Shown here piece by piece: positions 28,975 through 39,420 of a stretch of DNA of 64,000 bases. The first letter of the stretch is position 1. Each line of letters starts with the position of its first letter. Source of the stretch: a virus (Duplodnaviria > Caudoviricetes); IMG/VR virus record IMGVR_UViG_3300021387_001157, positions 32,001 to 96,000 of that record; one strand, given 5' to 3'. The notes beneath the pieces were generated by a model. That model did no database searches. It worked only from the letters and a program-made list of their open reading frames with translations, and had not been told where the DNA came from. A program made the position numbers and the translations under genes.

Positions 28975-29430
28975 TTAAATTTTATGCAGTGCTTTCTTTA
29001 TGAGTTTTAGTGGCATATCCGAGTAACTCTCAGTTCCGTCGGTCACATATTCGTAGAATACCACCTCGATACAGTCGTCGTCTTCGTAGTAGACTTCCTC
29101 CGCTTCACGGAAAAGCTTCAGAAAGTCATCGGTGATTCCGAGCATCATATACTCTACCATTGGTCTTTTTATGAAGTGCATCATCTCTTTTAATACTTTC
29201 TTTGCCTCCTTTCGTCCGGTGGCGATGTAGATTCTCCCGAATGACGAGTCGGTTCTCTCGATTTTGGTCTCGATGTAGTAGCGGTCAGAGGAATCCTTCT
29301 CGATGGAGACAATGGTGTTTTCCTCACCATACCCGTTGAACATATGCACACTTGCTATTGTGGTAGTTTGTGCATTGGACATCAGAGTGGTGACGATTAG
29401 CAGAATTAGTGTTATGATATACTTTTTCAT
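28975..29430 (-). CDS. Secreted hypothetical protein
   Basis: Sec signal MKKYIITLILLIVTTLMSNA-Q (Bacteroidota-style Gln at +1). Confidence 0.65.
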   Translation of the reverse strand: MKKYIITLILLIVTTLMSNAQTTTIASVHMFNGYGEENTIVSIEKDSSDRYYIETKIERTDSSFGRIYIATGRKEAKKVLKEMMHFIKRPMVEYMMLGITDDFLKLFREAEEVYYEDDDCIEVVFYEYVTDGTESYSDMPLKLIKKALHKI

Positions 29431-29591
29431 TTTTTTCGAAATTGATGTTTTTTGGTTTTGGTTTGTGGGGAGCGGTCTATGCCGCCCCCCCCAACAAACA
29501 CTTAGTACTTAAAGGTTAAAAAAACATTTTATATTATGGGAGGGGTGGTGGTTGTTTTGGTACCACCCCATACCCATTTGATGAAAGAAGA

Positions 29592-29966
29592 TTACATCAC
29601 AATGACGGTGATTCCGATGAAAGTTGGTTGTTTCGATGAGATGTATTCATCGATAAAATCTTCGGCTTCCTCCTTCTCGGTGAAGATGTAATGTACGTCA
29701 CTGATGTTCATCGGGTCGGTTGTTGTTGAATCGACCAAGATGTGTTCTCCGTCTGGAGAGGCAACGATAAGAGATGGGATTACCGAGATTTCGTTGTCGT
29801 CATTGATGACCGGTGTCCAAACGACGGGGAGTCCGAGTTCATCAAGTGATGTGTCAGTAGTATTGGATACGGCTATTGTAAGTGAGGCAACCAACGGGGA
29901 GACTATTCTTTCCATGATTGCACGTGCAGTTTCTGTGTCGAAGTGTTTCTGTGTGTTGATTCTCAT
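29592..29966 (-). CDS. Hypothetical protein, paralog of 31049-31555
   Basis: G.P.VWTPV...YIFTE..EA shared. Confidence 0.7.
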   Translation of the reverse strand: MRINTQKHFDTETARAIMERIVSPLVASLTIAVSNTTDTSLDELGLPVVWTPVINDDNEISVIPSLIVASPDGEHILVDSTTTDPMNISDVHYIFTEKEEAEDFIDEYISSKQPTFIGITVIVM

Positions 29967-30030
29967 AGTTGTTATTTTTTTAATGTTTATATTTGTTTCT
30001 TTTTAAAAGATACTATTTATTTTTAAAAGA

Positions 30031-30303
30031 TTAGAAAGAATTTTGTTTTCTTTGTAAATTGTTTCTTTCTTTTTTCAGTCTGTGAATGTCTTTGCAGGCA
30101 TCTGTGTAACTCAGTTTTGCCTCTTCAAGGTCTGATATGTAGTCTCCTATTGTTATAGGTTCATATGGGTCTGGGTAGAATGTCTGAATACTATGTTTGG
30201 AGAGTTCAATTATTCTCATCCAGTATGAGGCAGCCTCCCTCCTCATAAAGAGTCTTCTTTCGATAGACCTTATCTCTTCTTTTATTTGTTCTTTTGTTTT
30301 CAT
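30031..30303 (-). CDS. Hypothetical protein
   Basis: 90-aa coiled-coil ORF. Confidence 0.6.
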   Translation of the reverse strand: MKTKEQIKEEIRSIERRLFMRREAASYWMRIIELSKHSIQTFYPDPYEPITIGDYISDLEEAKLSYTDACKDIHRLKKERNNLQRKQNSF

Positions 30304-30710
30304 GCATTTCCAGACACGCCTTTGGCGGTGAGTATGATTTGTGGTTTTTCGAAAGACACCGTGCCACAGAAGTAGTCGAGTTCCTTCATAGTGGTTTGGT
30401 CGATGTCGATTTCTACAACAGACAGTCGGAATTCTATCCTGTCACGGTTGATGTTCATATTACCTATACGTTGGATTCCAAGAGGAGGGTATATTTTACC
30501 GTCACTCATCTTGATTGGTTGTTCGTTTATGATTTTGTTGATTTGTTCAAGGGCGTTCTCTCTGCTTCCACACTCACGTGCTTGACGGAGACTCTTGGTC
30601 ATCCAGTATCCACATGCCCATTCGAGAAGACCTGTTTCGGATTCAACATTCTTCATATCGGCTATGAAAGCACGGATGAAGTATTTCTTGTTGGGTTTGA
30701 TGTCTTTCAT
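30300..30710 (-). CDS. Hypothetical protein
   Basis: 136-aa ORF. Confidence 0.6.
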   Translation of the reverse strand: MKDIKPNKKYFIRAFIADMKNVESETGLLEWACGYWMTKSLRQARECGSRENALEQINKIINEQPIKMSDGKIYPPLGIQRIGNMNINRDRIEFRLSVVEIDIDQTTMKELDYFCGTVSFEKPQIILTAKGVSGNA

Positions 30711-30796
30711 TGTATTTCCTTTTATTTCTGATTCAAACTTTTATAATATTCATAATATGTGTCAATCCATCCGGTTTCCAATTCATTTAATATCTG

Positions 30797-30994
30797 CTAT
30801 GGGAGAGAAAACACGAAGTATGTTCCGTACACACAAAAGATACATAAGAATATGAGCAACATCAGATTGACATCGATTTGTCCGAATGCAGTGTTGATAA
30901 GAATCCCGAGATAGATTCCGTCGATGGTTATCATCAAGATGTACAGCACAACTTGTATGAATTCTGGGATTTTGACCTTGTTTTTCATTTTCAT
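30797..30994 (-). CDS. Small membrane protein
   Basis: Two TM segments. Confidence 0.5.
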   Translation of the reverse strand: MKMKNKVKIPEFIQVVLYILMITIDGIYLGILINTAFGQIDVNLMLLIFLCIFCVYGTYFVFSLP

Positions 30995-31048
30995 TCTTTT
31001 TTTCGAAAGAGGGTGGGGTCTCCACCCTCTTCTTTTGTAAAACCTTTA

Positions 31049-31555
31049 TTACATTTTGGCGATGATACGTGCCAGCAATTTGATAACCATCAAAACTTCG
31101 ATGTCAATTTCAATTTCGTCTTCATCTTCATCCTTATCTTCATCTTCAAAGATGTCATCGATGCTGGGAAGATAAACGACTCGTTTACATCTAGCAACGT
31201 CACTGATTTCATCCTCATCACTATATTCGGGAATGAGGTTTTTCTCTAAGAGAAAATATGCAGCCTCGCTGAACTCGGTGAAGATATAGGGAACTTCCTC
31301 AATGGGGGTCGGGTTTGTGTTCGGAGAACAAACCAAGATGTTTTTTCGGTCGTCAGTAAGGACCAATATTGAGGAAATAATTTTGGCATCACCATTTCGG
31401 TTTACAACAGGTGTCCAAACGAAGGGGACTCCAATTTCGTTTCCGATTTTGTATAATGATTCACCAGTTTCACGTTGGATGGACATCATATTGTTAGCCC
31501 TGTATGTATCCAATGTGTAAAACTCTAATTCTCTGTTGTTTTCTGTGAGTCTCAT
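31049..31555 (-). CDS. Hypothetical protein with an acidic tail, paralog of 29592-29966
   Basis: First gene downstream of promoter-repeat copy 1. Confidence 0.7.
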   Translation of the reverse strand: MRLTENNRELEFYTLDTYRANNMMSIQRETGESLYKIGNEIGVPFVWTPVVNRNGDAKIISSILVLTDDRKNILVCSPNTNPTPIEEVPYIFTEFSEAAYFLLEKNLIPEYSDEDEISDVARCKRVVYLPSIDDIFEDEDKDEDEDEIEIDIEVLMVIKLLARIIAKM

Positions 31556-31607
31556 AATTGTTGTTTATTTAATTGTTATTAATTGTTGTTTGTTCTTTAT
31601 CTTTTTG

Positions 31608-31757
31608 TTTCTGATGCAAAGATACAACTTTTTTTTGAATTACCAAACTTTTTTTCAAATTTTTTTTCATTTTTTTCGTAACTGCTTTATTTAGTGTAAT
31701 TTAAAAATGAAATTTTTTTCAACCACTACAAAAAAAGTCCTGTAAAATTAGATTTTT
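31608..31757 (-). promoter_or_regulatory. About 150-bp dispersed repeat, copy 1, with a Bacteroidota housekeeping promoter
   Basis: Minus strand TTTG-N19-TATCTTTGCATCAGAAA plus upstream AAGCAGTTACGAAAA; copies at 43392 and 51149. Confidence 0.85.
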
Positions 31758-31887
31758 TATCTCCGATTTCAGAAAATTGACCACTTTTTGAAACCATAGA
31801 AAAACAGAAAAACACACAACATACTATTTTATAAGTAGTTATGTGTTTCTCCTTTTCAAATATCAACTATTTTCGAAAATCTTCGAT

Positions 31888-32124
31888 TTATTTTTGATTG
31901 TATGAAACTGAGGTATTCAGTCTGAACAATGAAGTCAGTAGAACACTAAGTCCCCAGCTTTGGATGTATGTAATCTGAGGAAGACTGAAGATGGCGGGCA
32001 TCAACCAGTTCCACAATGGCCATATGATGAGAGCAATCAAAAAACCAACAACGATTGAAAACAGTAGACTAATCAACATCAAACAAAGGGTTTGAATAAA
32101 ATTTTGGCTCATTTGTAATATCAT
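31888..32124 (-). CDS. Small membrane protein
   Basis: LWNWLMP.IF.LP.ITY motif; hydrophobic. Confidence 0.6.
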   Translation of the reverse strand: MILQMSQNFIQTLCLMLISLLFSIVVGFLIALIIWPLWNWLMPAIFSLPQITYIQSWGLSVLLTSLFRLNTSVSYNQK

Positions 32125-32292
32125 AATATAAAAGATTAATAAAAGAAGAATCTTTAAAATTCAACAAATAACTGATTTATACTAGATTATATGAAACTAT
32201 ATCATTTTCGAAATTTCTTTCTATTTTTTGAAAGAGATGAAAGTTCTATTTTTACACGATGGGAAGTCATCTTTCCATTTCCAATAGGTTGG

Positions 32293-33033
32293 TTAACGCT
32301 GCAAAATTGTCTGACCTTTTGTTCCATCATATTTCTCTATGATTGGTTTACACGTTTCTAGTACGGAGACGACTTTATCCAAGTCGAAGTAGTCGTTAGT
32401 CCGGACACCGGATTCCATATCAATCCAAAAGTCTCCTGAGACATTCTCATAGATATATGTGAGTTTCTCTGCACAATTCTCTGGATTAAATCCACCGGCA
32501 TATCCAACACATCCGTCGTAAGGATACAGTTGGATACTGGTATCGATTCCCTGCACACCACTGCCATCGATGAGAACAGACAATGTGCATTTGTTCCATT
32601 CATATTCCTTCCACTTCTCGACGGTATTCTTCAGTATCGAATCGTTAACTATATCTTTCTGCTGGATAATAATTTCCTGTCCAACGAAGATTGGTGCCCA
32701 ACAATATGCTGGGGTGTCGGTTTTGTTGGCGATGTTTAGTTGGATTCGTTTAAAGAGTTCGAGATTTCTGTTGATGAGATTATCGACATCGACCCATAAT
32801 CCCTCGGCGGCATTACTTGCAATGCTTCCACACAGATGGAGGGCGAGGTTGAGTTTCTTATCGTAAAACTTATGTATGAGACTCGGATTCAGATAACGGG
32901 GACCATTTTCGTTCCAATGTTTGCTTGCAAGAATTCCAAATTCAACAATTGGATACTCTTGCTGGATTTCCACTAGTCTGTCGATGTCTGTTTTCGAATC
33001 TACACCTGTGAATGTTATGTGTTTTAGTTTCAT
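32293..33033 (-). CDS. TIM-barrel protein, phosphoribosylanthranilate-isomerase-like
   Basis: ITFTGVD, LHLCG, RIQLN, GYAGG.NPEN and WIDMESGVR motifs. Confidence 0.65.
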   Translation of the reverse strand: MKLKHITFTGVDSKTDIDRLVEIQQEYPIVEFGILASKHWNENGPRYLNPSLIHKFYDKKLNLALHLCGSIASNAAEGLWVDVDNLINRNLELFKRIQLNIANKTDTPAYCWAPIFVGQEIIIQQKDIVNDSILKNTVEKWKEYEWNKCTLSVLIDGSGVQGIDTSIQLYPYDGCVGYAGGFNPENCAEKLTYIYENVSGDFWIDMESGVRTNDYFDLDKVVSVLETCKPIIEKYDGTKGQTILQR

Positions 33034-33371
33034 ATTTCTTTTGATTCGATTTTGTAGTCGTATAGTTTGTATTGTTTAAAAGTTATCATTACAGTTTCTC
33101 CGAATCGTGACATCTCTACAAGTCCTCCCAATGCTTTTATACCGATGGTCAGAAATAAATTATTTGTGGTTAGAATACTATAGACGGCTTTGTCGATTTC
33201 AGCAACCACTTCGTTGATGTCACATTCATCCGATGGTGCCGCTTCATTCAATATTTTTTGGAGAAATCCTGCATATTCATCCGGAGACTCGTTGGTTTTT
33301 TTCAGATTTTCTATGGTTGTATTAAACCTTGTTGTCGGTACTTTAACGTGTATTTGTATGTATTCTTTCAT
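33030..33371 (-). CDS. Hypothetical protein
   Basis: 113-aa ORF. Confidence 0.6.
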   Translation of the reverse strand: MKEYIQIHVKVPTTRFNTTIENLKKTNESPDEYAGFLQKILNEAAPSDECDINEVVAEIDKAVYSILTTNNLFLTIGIKALGGLVEMSRFGETVMITFKQYKLYDYKIESKEI

Positions 33372-33883
33372 ATCAATTCAAATTTGATGTTTGACGACAT
33401 AGTTCCTCTCGGAACAAAGATGGTATCGAATTCACCTACATATGGTTTTCTATATATTGTGAATCGTATATAGTTACTGATATTTCTTTCCTTATATTTT
33501 ATAGTTTGATTAATATGAGGATTATCATCAGTCTCAACTATAGCCGTATATTTCACCGGAACATTTTTTTGAACATAACTACCGTCTTCCTTTTTCACCA
33601 TCACAATGTAGTAGAAATCTTCATCTATCTGTGTTTTAGAGAAATATATGTTTTCATTTTGTACAGTTTTTGTTGCAATAATCTCATTATGGATGTTTTC
33701 CTCTGTTGGTTTAAAAAATGAGTCCATTGTAGAAATTTGAGAAATTATCCAAATGCAGAGACCTAAAATGATAGTTACTGCAAGATATACTGGAAATCCT
33801 TCAGAACGGAAATCTTTATCGAAGTGTCTGATGATATATAAAATGATGAACGCCGATAAAAATGAACTTAATAAAAATACCAT
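33368..33883 (-). CDS. Membrane protein
   Basis: Two N-terminal TM segments. Confidence 0.65.
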   Translation of the reverse strand: MVFLLSSFLSAFIILYIIRHFDKDFRSEGFPVYLAVTIILGLCIWIISQISTMDSFFKPTEENIHNEIIATKTVQNENIYFSKTQIDEDFYYIVMVKKEDGSYVQKNVPVKYTAIVETDDNPHINQTIKYKERNISNYIRFTIYRKPYVGEFDTIFVPRGTMSSNIKFELI

Positions 33884-33900
33884 AATTGTTTTGTTTTTTA

Positions 33901-34911
33901 TTATTTACATACCTCGTCCAAAGATGCACTGAGGTGTTTCGAAAATTCTCTGTATTTCTGTGAGTCGAATATCCATCGACCTCTTTTCTCTTGGCCATAG
34001 TCAATATCCATCTCTTCATAGATGGTACAAGGGTTTGGTTTGAGAATGAATATCTTGTCACTGATGTAGAGTGCTTCTTCCAGTGAGTGGGTGACGTTGA
34101 TGATGGTGTGCTCGGTTTCTGATGCAATCTTGATGATGAGGTCTTGAATATCCCTTTTCATCTTGATGTCCAATGCACCGGTTGCCTCATCCAGGAAGAA
34201 TACCTTACTGCCTGATGTGATGCATCGTGCAATGGACACCCTCTGCAACTGTCCTCCTGAAAGCTTCGAAGCATTGGCGTATTTACTGGCGTGTTCCTCA
34301 AGCCCAACCAGCTTGAGTGTCTCCATTGCCTTTTCACGTGCCTCCTTTTTGTCCATTCCTTTCAGGACCATAGGAAGTGCCACGTTGTCGATGACCGTCA
34401 TCCAATGGAATGACGAGTAACTCTGGAAAACCATGGGTACCGATTTGTACTCATTTATGTTCTGTCCAAATATTCTGATGTCACCTTTCTGTGGTGTCAT
34501 TAATCCGGCCGCCATTTTCAGAAGGCATGATTTACCACATCCACTACCTCCCATAATACTCACGACCTCCGATATCATAGGTTTGTCTTCCACCTTGAGT
34601 GAGAAGTCGTCGAAAATCTTGAACTCGTGTTCAGTCCCCTCATCGAAGATATGTGTGAGATGGTCAATTTCGAAAGAATATCGTTTTCCATCACCAATAG
34701 ATATTTTGGGAGATTTTTCAACCGGAGTCGAAACTGTAGCCGGAGCTGTAGTTGTCACAGGAACTGTAGCCGGAGATGTAGTTGGTTGAATTGGTTTCAT
34801 AAATGGATTGTTGGACACCGGTATAGAAGTTTTGGTCTCAATGGGTTTATCCGAATCCTTACTACCATCTATTGGTTTCGAAAATGCCGAAATATTTTTT
34901 TCCTTTGACAT
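33901..34911 (-). CDS. ABC transporter ATP-binding protein (TauB/SsuB/NitT type)
   Basis: GGSGCGKS, VFQ, LSGGQLQR, FLDE, VTHS.EEA. Confidence 0.92.
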   Translation of the reverse strand: MSKEKNISAFSKPIDGSKDSDKPIETKTSIPVSNNPFMKPIQPTTSPATVPVTTTAPATVSTPVEKSPKISIGDGKRYSFEIDHLTHIFDEGTEHEFKIFDDFSLKVEDKPMISEVVSIMGGSGCGKSCLLKMAAGLMTPQKGDIRIFGQNINEYKSVPMVFQSYSSFHWMTVIDNVALPMVLKGMDKKEAREKAMETLKLVGLEEHASKYANASKLSGGQLQRVSIARCITSGSKVFFLDEATGALDIKMKRDIQDLIIKIASETEHTIINVTHSLEEALYISDKIFILKPNPCTIYEEMDIDYGQEKRGRWIFDSQKYREFSKHLSASLDEVCK

Positions 34912-34913
34912 AG

Positions 34914-35723
34914 TTACTTCTTTGTGTGTGGGAATATTATTGGTTTCAAGAAATGGAAGAGTCTGTCTTGCAATAGTCCTATCATCACGATAATGAAGAG
35001 TAGGGCATATACTTCCGGAGTTCTACTCTGCCGAGTGAATGTGGAAATCATTGCACCGATTCCTCCGACTTTATTAAGACTCTCTGCAATGACGACGTAA
35101 GTGTAGGAGATGGCCACAAGACTTCTGATGTCATCGTATACCTTTTCCATCACATATGGGAAGTACACATACCGGAAAGTCTGCCAATTGGACATACCCA
35201 TTGTCTTTGCTGTCTGAAGATAGACATTATCATTTACATTGGTTGGGTTCTGTAAGTCTAGTACCTTACCGACAACGCTTGGAATGGTGAAGATGAAGAT
35301 ACCGAAAGCAAGGAAGAAAGATTTCATACCGAAGGAGAGTCCAAAGATGGAGATAAAGATTCCAGATACTGTTGGTAGCGGGAGGTATCGTAGTGCTTCA
35401 AAATATTTCCTGAACAACGAGTTGAACATAGGTATCATTCCTATGACAAATCCCAACGGTATTGCAAACAGAACTGCAATGAGATATCCAGAGATATTCA
35501 GCGACACCGTGTACCATATGTTGTCCAACAAGTGGTATTTCGAGAATAAGTCGGGAATGATGGATACAACCTTTACTGGATTAGGTAGGATGCCAGGACT
35601 GATGATTTCTCCAGTCAATGTCACGAGATACCATATCGTCACAAGAAATATGGCACCTATCGACCCAATAATCCTCCCATCTTTTTTCGAAATTTCCCCA
35701 CCAGGTTTGAAGTACTTTTTCAT
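34914..35723 (-). CDS. ABC transporter permease (TauC/SsuC type)
   Basis: About 6 TMs, LPNP motif, EAA-like loop (LQTAKTMG), VIAE. Confidence 0.9.
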   Translation of the reverse strand: MKKYFKPGGEISKKDGRIIGSIGAIFLVTIWYLVTLTGEIISPGILPNPVKVVSIIPDLFSKYHLLDNIWYTVSLNISGYLIAVLFAIPLGFVIGMIPMFNSLFRKYFEALRYLPLPTVSGIFISIFGLSFGMKSFFLAFGIFIFTIPSVVGKVLDLQNPTNVNDNVYLQTAKTMGMSNWQTFRYVYFPYVMEKVYDDIRSLVAISYTYVVIAESLNKVGGIGAMISTFTRQSRTPEVYALLFIIVMIGLLQDRLFHFLKPIIFPHTKK

Positions 35724-35745
35724 TTGATTTCTTTTTTAAAAGTTT

Positions 35746-35831
35746 AAAAGGGAGTCGGGCACTGACTCCCTTTCCAATTAAATAAACCTTTTTACCCTTT
35801 CTGGGGAGGGGAGTCAGAACGACCCCCCTTT
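35746..35831 (-). terminator. Twin hairpins between the SBP and permease genes
   Basis: aaaagggagtc-gggcact-gactcccttt and ggggagtc-agaac-gaccccc. Confidence 0.55.
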
Positions 35832-35838
35832 CACATCG

Positions 35839-37377
35839 TTATCGTTGGACCAGTTTCATTGATGTTGTTCGGTAGGACTGGTTGCTTCCAACTACTCCAT
35901 CCGAGATTGCACGCTTGGGTCCGTTACCCTCGACGATGAATCGGTTCTTATCGATACCTTGACGATTGAGATAGTTGGCTACACTCTGGGCACGTTGCTT
36001 TGATAGTTCGATGTTGTGCTGATAGCTACCAGTGTTGTCGGTGTTACCCTCGATTCGGACATAGCAGTTGTTGAACTGTTTGATGATAGGAAGCATCTCA
36101 CGCTCGATAATGGTCTCAGCATCGACACTCAATGCACTTCCATCGACGGGGAACTCGATAACCACTTCCTTATCAGAGAACGCCTCAGTAGATTTGACTT
36201 TCATCGACGGAGCAGAAAACTTACGTTTGGCGGTACCCTTTGCACTCTGGTCATTGCCAATCTCGTTGCTTGCCATCAGTGATTCGATAATTGAGGTCTC
36301 TGATACTTTACGCCACGGCAGTGTTGCTTTGGCCAATCCGATACCTCCATATACCTGACTCATCTTTGTGTAGAGATTCTCACCGGTGATTCCATCGTAT
36401 CCAATGGTGTTCAGACCGAACCAGTTGATGTTGTCGTCGAGGGTGGCGAAGTTAATCTTGCTGCCGACCGTCAGAACATCCTCCTCCGGAACATCGAACT
36501 CTTGTGAGAACACGTGGCAGATTTCCTTATACGTCTCTGGGTTGTTCATCTCGGAGTTTGCCCACATCAAGGCTTCTGCAATCTTCTTAGCAGTCTCCGG
36601 ATTGTCTTTCAACCACTCATCGTGGGCTAGGAATCCGTCTGTCACAAGAGTCTGGATATCTTTGGTACTTACTATGACGTGTGTGCCGGCAGGACCATTT
36701 TTGATACAAGCGTCGTCATCTGGGCAGAACACCACGGCTGCATCAGCAGTACCTGCCTTGAACGCCGTTGCAACGTCGGAACCATATCCAGTTGTGATAA
36801 TCTGCACGTCACTGTTGGAAAGACCATTGGCAGCGAGAGTATTGAGTAGGAGAGAATGGGATGCTGTACCTTCCGAGCAGACGATTTTCTTACCCTTCAA
36901 GTCTGCCACTCTCTTGATATTCTTGGTGGCCACGATGGCATCGGCACCAGCCGAGAAGTTGTGAATCATAAAATAACGGGCGTCGGTCATAGTGCCGGAC
37001 TGACTTGCCTCTACGGGATACGAATCGAGGGTACAGAAACGGAGGGCATTTTTGTGTTCCTTGAAGTATGAAGTTGCTCCGTCGAAGTCGTCCATTTGGA
37101 TAATCTTCAGCTTTACACCGAATCGTTTGTAGAACTCGGACTCCTTGCTTCCGTCCTTACCGCCGTTACCCCATACGATGGGAGACCAACCGGTATAAGT
37201 ATCCACTAGCAGAACTGCATCGTACTTACTGTCACCACCTCCAGTAATACCGGCGAGATTGATTCCAGATTTTTTTGCTCCGAAGAATATGCCTGCACCT
37301 AGCAGACCTACAACGAGAACGATTACTACTAGACGGCCTAAACCCGTCAATTTTGAAAAAGTGCTTTTGATACTCAT
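35839..37377 (-). CDS. Membrane-anchored NMT1/SsuA-type substrate-binding protein fused to an OmpA-like peptidoglycan-binding domain
   Basis: N-terminal TM; SAGADAIV...DLKGKKI; C-terminal IEGNTDNTG...N.ELSKQRAQSV..YL. Confidence 0.88.
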   Translation of the reverse strand: MSIKSTFSKLTGLGRLVVIVLVVGLLGAGIFFGAKKSGINLAGITGGGDSKYDAVLLVDTYTGWSPIVWGNGGKDGSKESEFYKRFGVKLKIIQMDDFDGATSYFKEHKNALRFCTLDSYPVEASQSGTMTDARYFMIHNFSAGADAIVATKNIKRVADLKGKKIVCSEGTASHSLLLNTLAANGLSNSDVQIITTGYGSDVATAFKAGTADAAVVFCPDDDACIKNGPAGTHVIVSTKDIQTLVTDGFLAHDEWLKDNPETAKKIAEALMWANSEMNNPETYKEICHVFSQEFDVPEEDVLTVGSKINFATLDDNINWFGLNTIGYDGITGENLYTKMSQVYGGIGLAKATLPWRKVSETSIIESLMASNEIGNDQSAKGTAKRKFSAPSMKVKSTEAFSDKEVVIEFPVDGSALSVDAETIIEREMLPIIKQFNNCYVRIEGNTDNTGSYQHNIELSKQRAQSVANYLNRQGIDKNRFIVEGNGPKRAISDGVVGSNQSYRTTSMKLVQR

Positions 37378-37450
37378 AATTTTTTTGATTTTGAAATGTT
37401 GATATTTTTATTTGTTATTGTGTTTGTTTCTTAAATTTTCGAGAAACTTA

Positions 37451-37666
37451 TCATGTTCCTTTTCTTTGGTTTTTGTTGTGTTTCGACAAAACCAAAAAGA
37501 TGGTCAATAAGATGGTCAATACAAGTGCAACTGGAATCCATATCGGTGATAAGACCCACCACCAAGACCATTGGACTACATTACAAAGCTTGAGAATGAT
37601 AAAGGCAATCGTAAGAAGTCCGATAAACCCTATTCCACTACTTGTTGCTGTTTTCGATTCACTCAT
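37451..37666 (-). CDS. Small conserved phage membrane protein
   Basis: LLTIAFIILKL..V.QWSWWWVLSPIW; first gene after the promoter at 37696. Confidence 0.75.
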   Translation of the reverse strand: MSESKTATSSGIGFIGLLTIAFIILKLCNVVQWSWWWVLSPIWIPVALVLTILLTIFLVLSKHNKNQRKGT

Positions 37667-37742
37667 TTTTTTTTTCTTTTAATTTCTTACATTTAAAAGA
37701 TACTATTTTTTTTTGGTGTTTTCGAAAAATGAAGAATATTTT

Positions 37743-38822
37743 TTAAAATAAATCTTCTTGTAGAACCGAGAGTGGCATCCACCACTTTACATGAGTCCGG
37801 TTATACAACTCCCACTTTCCATTGCAATAAGAGTTTACCAGTACAGCATGTCCATCACAGTCAAGCATGGTGATGTAGTATCCATCAGTATCTGGATATT
37901 CGTCCGTCTTCGGATTTCTTGGGTTTGAAACGGTCTTTGTCCAAGGAATGGATTTTTCGAGACTTTCCTTTTTTATAGAATATGTTTCTTTTAAATTATT
38001 GGTTTTATAGATTGAACCATACCCATGAAAAAGACCATTCGTGTATTCGAGTATAAAACCGGTATTACTTTTGAGAATCTGTAAAATCTCAGACGGACTC
38101 ATCTTTTTGTCTTCAGTCTTGTCCAATAATGCACGTGTACATACGTTCGCCTCGACGACGGAATCGTCTTCATAGAATGTGTAGGCGTCAACGGGTTCTC
38201 CCGTCACCTTGTTGTTTTTATACGGATGTTTGACAATCTCCTTCACGGTGTTGATTCGTTGACCACTCTTGAATGGTTTCCCAGAAAGCTTTACAACCTT
38301 GTCACCTGGTTCAACAATTGTGTGAAGTTCACGTATTGCTTTCCTCTCAGATTTCGAAAATCTATGCTCCAAAATATGATTTTTGATTTCATTGACTTTT
38401 TTATCGATTTGGTCAATTTCATCATATAAATCTTTAGCGTCTATGGCGATACTGGCTTCGATGAGATTTTCGAAATCGAATTTGTTTTCGTAGAACCACT
38501 TCACGATTTTTCCTATTCCCATAGGACTAAAAAACGTATCATTAGGGAATATCTTATCATACTCACGTTCCTCCTTATTGGTCATCGACATCATCCGTCT
38601 AAGATAAGGTCGAACCAAAACTTCGTCGAGTTTGATGGTTGTACGGAAAATACCCAAGAAATTCGTAACCGTTATCTCTTTCTTTACTATATCAACAGAT
38701 ATAAGTTTGGCTTTCTCCCATATAGCACTGTCGTCATTCCATTCGATATGGAGAATGAGTCCGTAGGGAAGTCTTGCAGACAACTGCTGCAATAAGATTC
38801 CCTGTCTATCTTCTTGCTTCAT
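37743..38822 (-). CDS. Multidomain hypothetical phage protein
   Basis: LSARLPYG...PYLR.M.SMT N-terminal module; C-terminal WWMPL. Confidence 0.7.
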   Translation of the reverse strand: MKQEDRQGILLQQLSARLPYGLILHIEWNDDSAIWEKAKLISVDIVKKEITVTNFLGIFRTTIKLDEVLVRPYLRRMMSMTNKEEREYDKIFPNDTFFSPMGIGKIVKWFYENKFDFENLIEASIAIDAKDLYDEIDQIDKKVNEIKNHILEHRFSKSERKAIRELHTIVEPGDKVVKLSGKPFKSGQRINTVKEIVKHPYKNNKVTGEPVDAYTFYEDDSVVEANVCTRALLDKTEDKKMSPSEILQILKSNTGFILEYTNGLFHGYGSIYKTNNLKETYSIKKESLEKSIPWTKTVSNPRNPKTDEYPDTDGYYITMLDCDGHAVLVNSYCNGKWELYNRTHVKWWMPLSVLQEDLF

Positions 38823-38826
38823 ATTT

Positions 38827-39420
38827 TTATTCTTTAAATTTCCAACAATCTCCAACTGTTTCTGCACCCGATTCGAGTTCGGTCAAAGCCGATGTTGCCC
38901 ATTTCTTCATTGGGTCGTCATCTTTTAGATGCAAATATCTTTCGAGTTTTTTTCTGATATTATTTCTTTCTTTTTCCGTATTTGGAAGGATGTTATATGC
39001 TTTCCAGGTTCCGTCTTCTTTTTGAAAAGCCTGGTACTTTTTATACTCACCACAATATGGGGCGTAGGCGACGACATTTCCTCCACTAAATGGTTCATGT
39101 CCGTCGATAAGGGCATGGACATTCTGCAAGAAAACTTGTAGAACCATTATGATGTCTCCCCTGTCTAGATAGAAACTCAGTGGGTTTTTATCCCAAAATA
39201 ATTTGGAAAGCATTGCACTTATATCGTGTGTCACACATATCAACACGACATAATAAGGATTCGATTCGTCTGATGAATTCCATATATTGTTCACAATTGT
39301 TCTATAATGTCCAATAAGGTCTTTGAACAATGAGTCATCCATTGTAATCCAGAATGGATGCTCCTTTATGGCATCATGCTCGGTTCTCAGAATACTGAGT
39401 CTTTCTTCTCTTGTTTTCAT
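38827..39420 (-). CDS. Hypothetical protein, paralog of 39900-40502
   Basis: P.WI, NPYY...CVTHD, GD.IMVLQ, QAF.K.DGT shared. Confidence 0.75.
   Translation of the reverse strand: MKTREERLSILRTEHDAIKEHPFWITMDDSLFKDLIGHYRTIVNNIWNSSDESNPYYVVLICVTHDISAMLSKLFWDKNPLSFYLDRGDIIMVLQVFLQNVHALIDGHEPFSGGNVVAYAPYCGEYKKYQAFQKEDGTWKAYNILPNTEKERNNIRKKLERYLHLKDDDPMKKWATSALTELESGAETVGDCWKFKE

Noticed and set aside
33901-37377. Bacterial chromosomal contamination or prophage boundary
   Set aside because: The operon is driven by the same TAGTATCTTT motif and is embedded among phage-type small genes.
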